Positions 37,678 through 39,239 of a stretch of 39,239 nt of DNA are shown here, one piece after another. A program made the translations under genes and the position numbers. Position 1 is the first letter of the stretch. Each line of letters begins with the position of its first letter. The notes under the pieces are model-generated. The model did not search any database and was not told the origin of the DNA. It saw only the letters and a list, made by a program, of their open reading frames with translations. The stretch covers positions 1-39,239 of the forward strand of contig CALGAA010000390.1 in NCBI GenBank assembly GCA_937952445.1. Reading direction: 5' to 3'. The stretch is from an uncultured Bacteroidota bacterium. Lineage in GTDB: Bacteria; Bacteroidota; Bacteroidia; Chitinophagales; Saprospiraceae.

Positions 37678-39239
37678 TTAGAAATTAGTTTGTAATCCCA
37701 GTGTAAATGTTCGATAATAGGGTTGACCACCTACGTTTAAATCCCGTATTTCCTTATTCCTGGCAAATTGGATGATGTTGTCGGCGGCGAGGTACACTGC
37801 AAGGTTTTTCATTCGGAGTGATTCCAACACATTCTGTGGTAAATGATACGTCAGTTGGATCTTTCTTAACTGCAAATAGTCATCCGAATAAAGCCAATAA
37901 CTCGACCGCCTGAAATTGTTGCTATTGGACTGGGAGCTCAATCTGGGGTAGGTCGCCGTGGAGCTGGTTTCCGGGGTCCAGGCTCCGCGCACAATCTCCG
38001 AATATTTTTTATTGCCATCCACCCAATAATAGTTTCCTTCCAGAAAATTTTCTGCTCCGGATCGTCCTTCCCCCAATACAAAAAGGGTGAGATCTTTGAA
38101 GCTTACTCTAAGTCTCAGGCCTGCGGACAATGGCGCCTGCCATCATCGTTGTTGTCGATGATGCCATCACCGTTTTGGTCTTTGTATTTGATATCCCCGG
38201 GCCTTACGGTCCCAAATGCCTGGATGGGGCTGTTTTCGATATCGGATTGATCCTGGAACAATCCAATCGCTTCCAATCCAAACGTCGCATCTTTGGGATA
38301 CCCCTGTCGATATTGATACTCGTTGTCATAAACTTCGTCTACCCGGGTCCGCTCTGAGGTCACATACAGGAGATCAGCGCCCAGAAAGAAATTCCAATCC
38401 CCGACAGATTTGTTTAAACCGAGGCCAATTTCAGCTCCCTGGTACTTGTCTTCATCAAAATTCTCATATGGGATGAAATCCGTGTAAAAGGAAGGGTAAA
38501 TCGTGTTGGGGCGAGTGACCAGACCATTGTACAATTCATGGAATACATTGGCTGTCAGACTGAGGGTCCGATTGAAAAATATACCCTCCACCCCAAAATT
38601 TAATTCGTTTCGTTTGGCGAATCCCAGGTTGTAGTTGCTGCTCCAATTCGAGCGTACACCTCCCCGGCTCCTGGATCCTTCAAACCAATTGTAACTCCCC
38701 GAACCGCCGTATCGGTTGTCGTAATAGAAAAACCCGCCGATAGGAATGTCGGATTTCAAAATTCCAGTCGATAAACGGAGTTTGAGGTAATCGATTCGCT
38801 CCGAGGCTTCGAGAAATTCCTCGTTGCTGAGTACCCATGCCACGCCTATAGAAGGGGCAAATCCGCCCCGGTTCCCGGTGGGTAATTTAACCGAATTGAC
38901 GTATGCACTACTGAAGTCAATCAAGTAGGTATTCTTCAGGGAATATCCTAATTGTAAGCCCAGGTGTGCTTGTTTGACACCCTGAAAGTCCCCTTGTTGC
39001 TTGAATGTACTCCCATATCCCAACAGAGTCCCCGTAAACCGGTGATCTTCTCCGAAGGTTCGGTCATATTTCGTCATACCGTAAAAACCTACCCGGCGTT
39101 GGAAGAAGGAATTACCTACGGATTGGATACCCGGCCGTTCATCTTTACCGTGCTGTCGAAGATCGGCAATCAGGTCCGGCGACGAATCGCTCCAAATGGG
39201 TTCATAAACGGAGTATTCATTCGCAATGGTTTGATTATA
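37678..39239 (-). pseudogene. susC: SusC/RagA TonB-dependent transporter, 3' part, frameshifted near 38142/38143 (5' end beyond window)
   Basis: The frame is open from the window edge through PGDIKYKDQNGDGIIDNND. It resumes in another frame as WQAPLSAGL...ATYPRL...YLQLRKIQLTY...RTFTLGLQTNF (terminal Phe). Confidence 0.85.

Noticed and set aside
38115-38150. Programmed frameshift or phase variation in susC
   Set aside because: There is no slippery heptamer or simple-sequence tract, and conserved residues appear to be missing, which favours a deletion.
1-39239. CRISPR array, tRNA, rRNA, integrase or transposase
   Set aside because: No regularly spaced repeats, cloverleafs or recombinase motifs were seen by eye.

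Overview
Bacteroidota chromosomal window of moderate GC; Saprospiraceae-like is my inference, from T9SS cargo with dockerin/cohesin-like modules, TAnnTTTG promoters and a SusC/SusD locus. Left to right: two Cys-rich T9SS-secreted proteins; a housekeeping block (ruvX/yqgF, def, HBD-type rnhA, dprA, membrane protein, NhaC-family transporter, aspartyl protease-PDZ, DUF937/OmpA-like protein, bile acid:Na+ symporter); a Dna2-like nuclease-helicase; queE, proB, glyA, truA; a sulfatase-PA14 lipoprotein; a GHL10/YddW glycoside hydrolase; a hypothetical gene and a DinB gene; a 1.6-kaa DEDD-exonuclease/RecQ/UvrD triple fusion; and the 3' end of a PUL (frameshifted susC, susD, DUF1735/DUF5627-like lipoprotein). 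The most notable items are the double-helicase-exonuclease fusion and three copies of a ~166-170 bp self-complementary intergenic element, two of them head-to-head sharing a TA upstream of that fusion. Also notable are a frame-breaking lesion in susC and a recurrent pattern of near-leaderless promoters. No tRNA, rRNA, CRISPR array or transposase was recognised.
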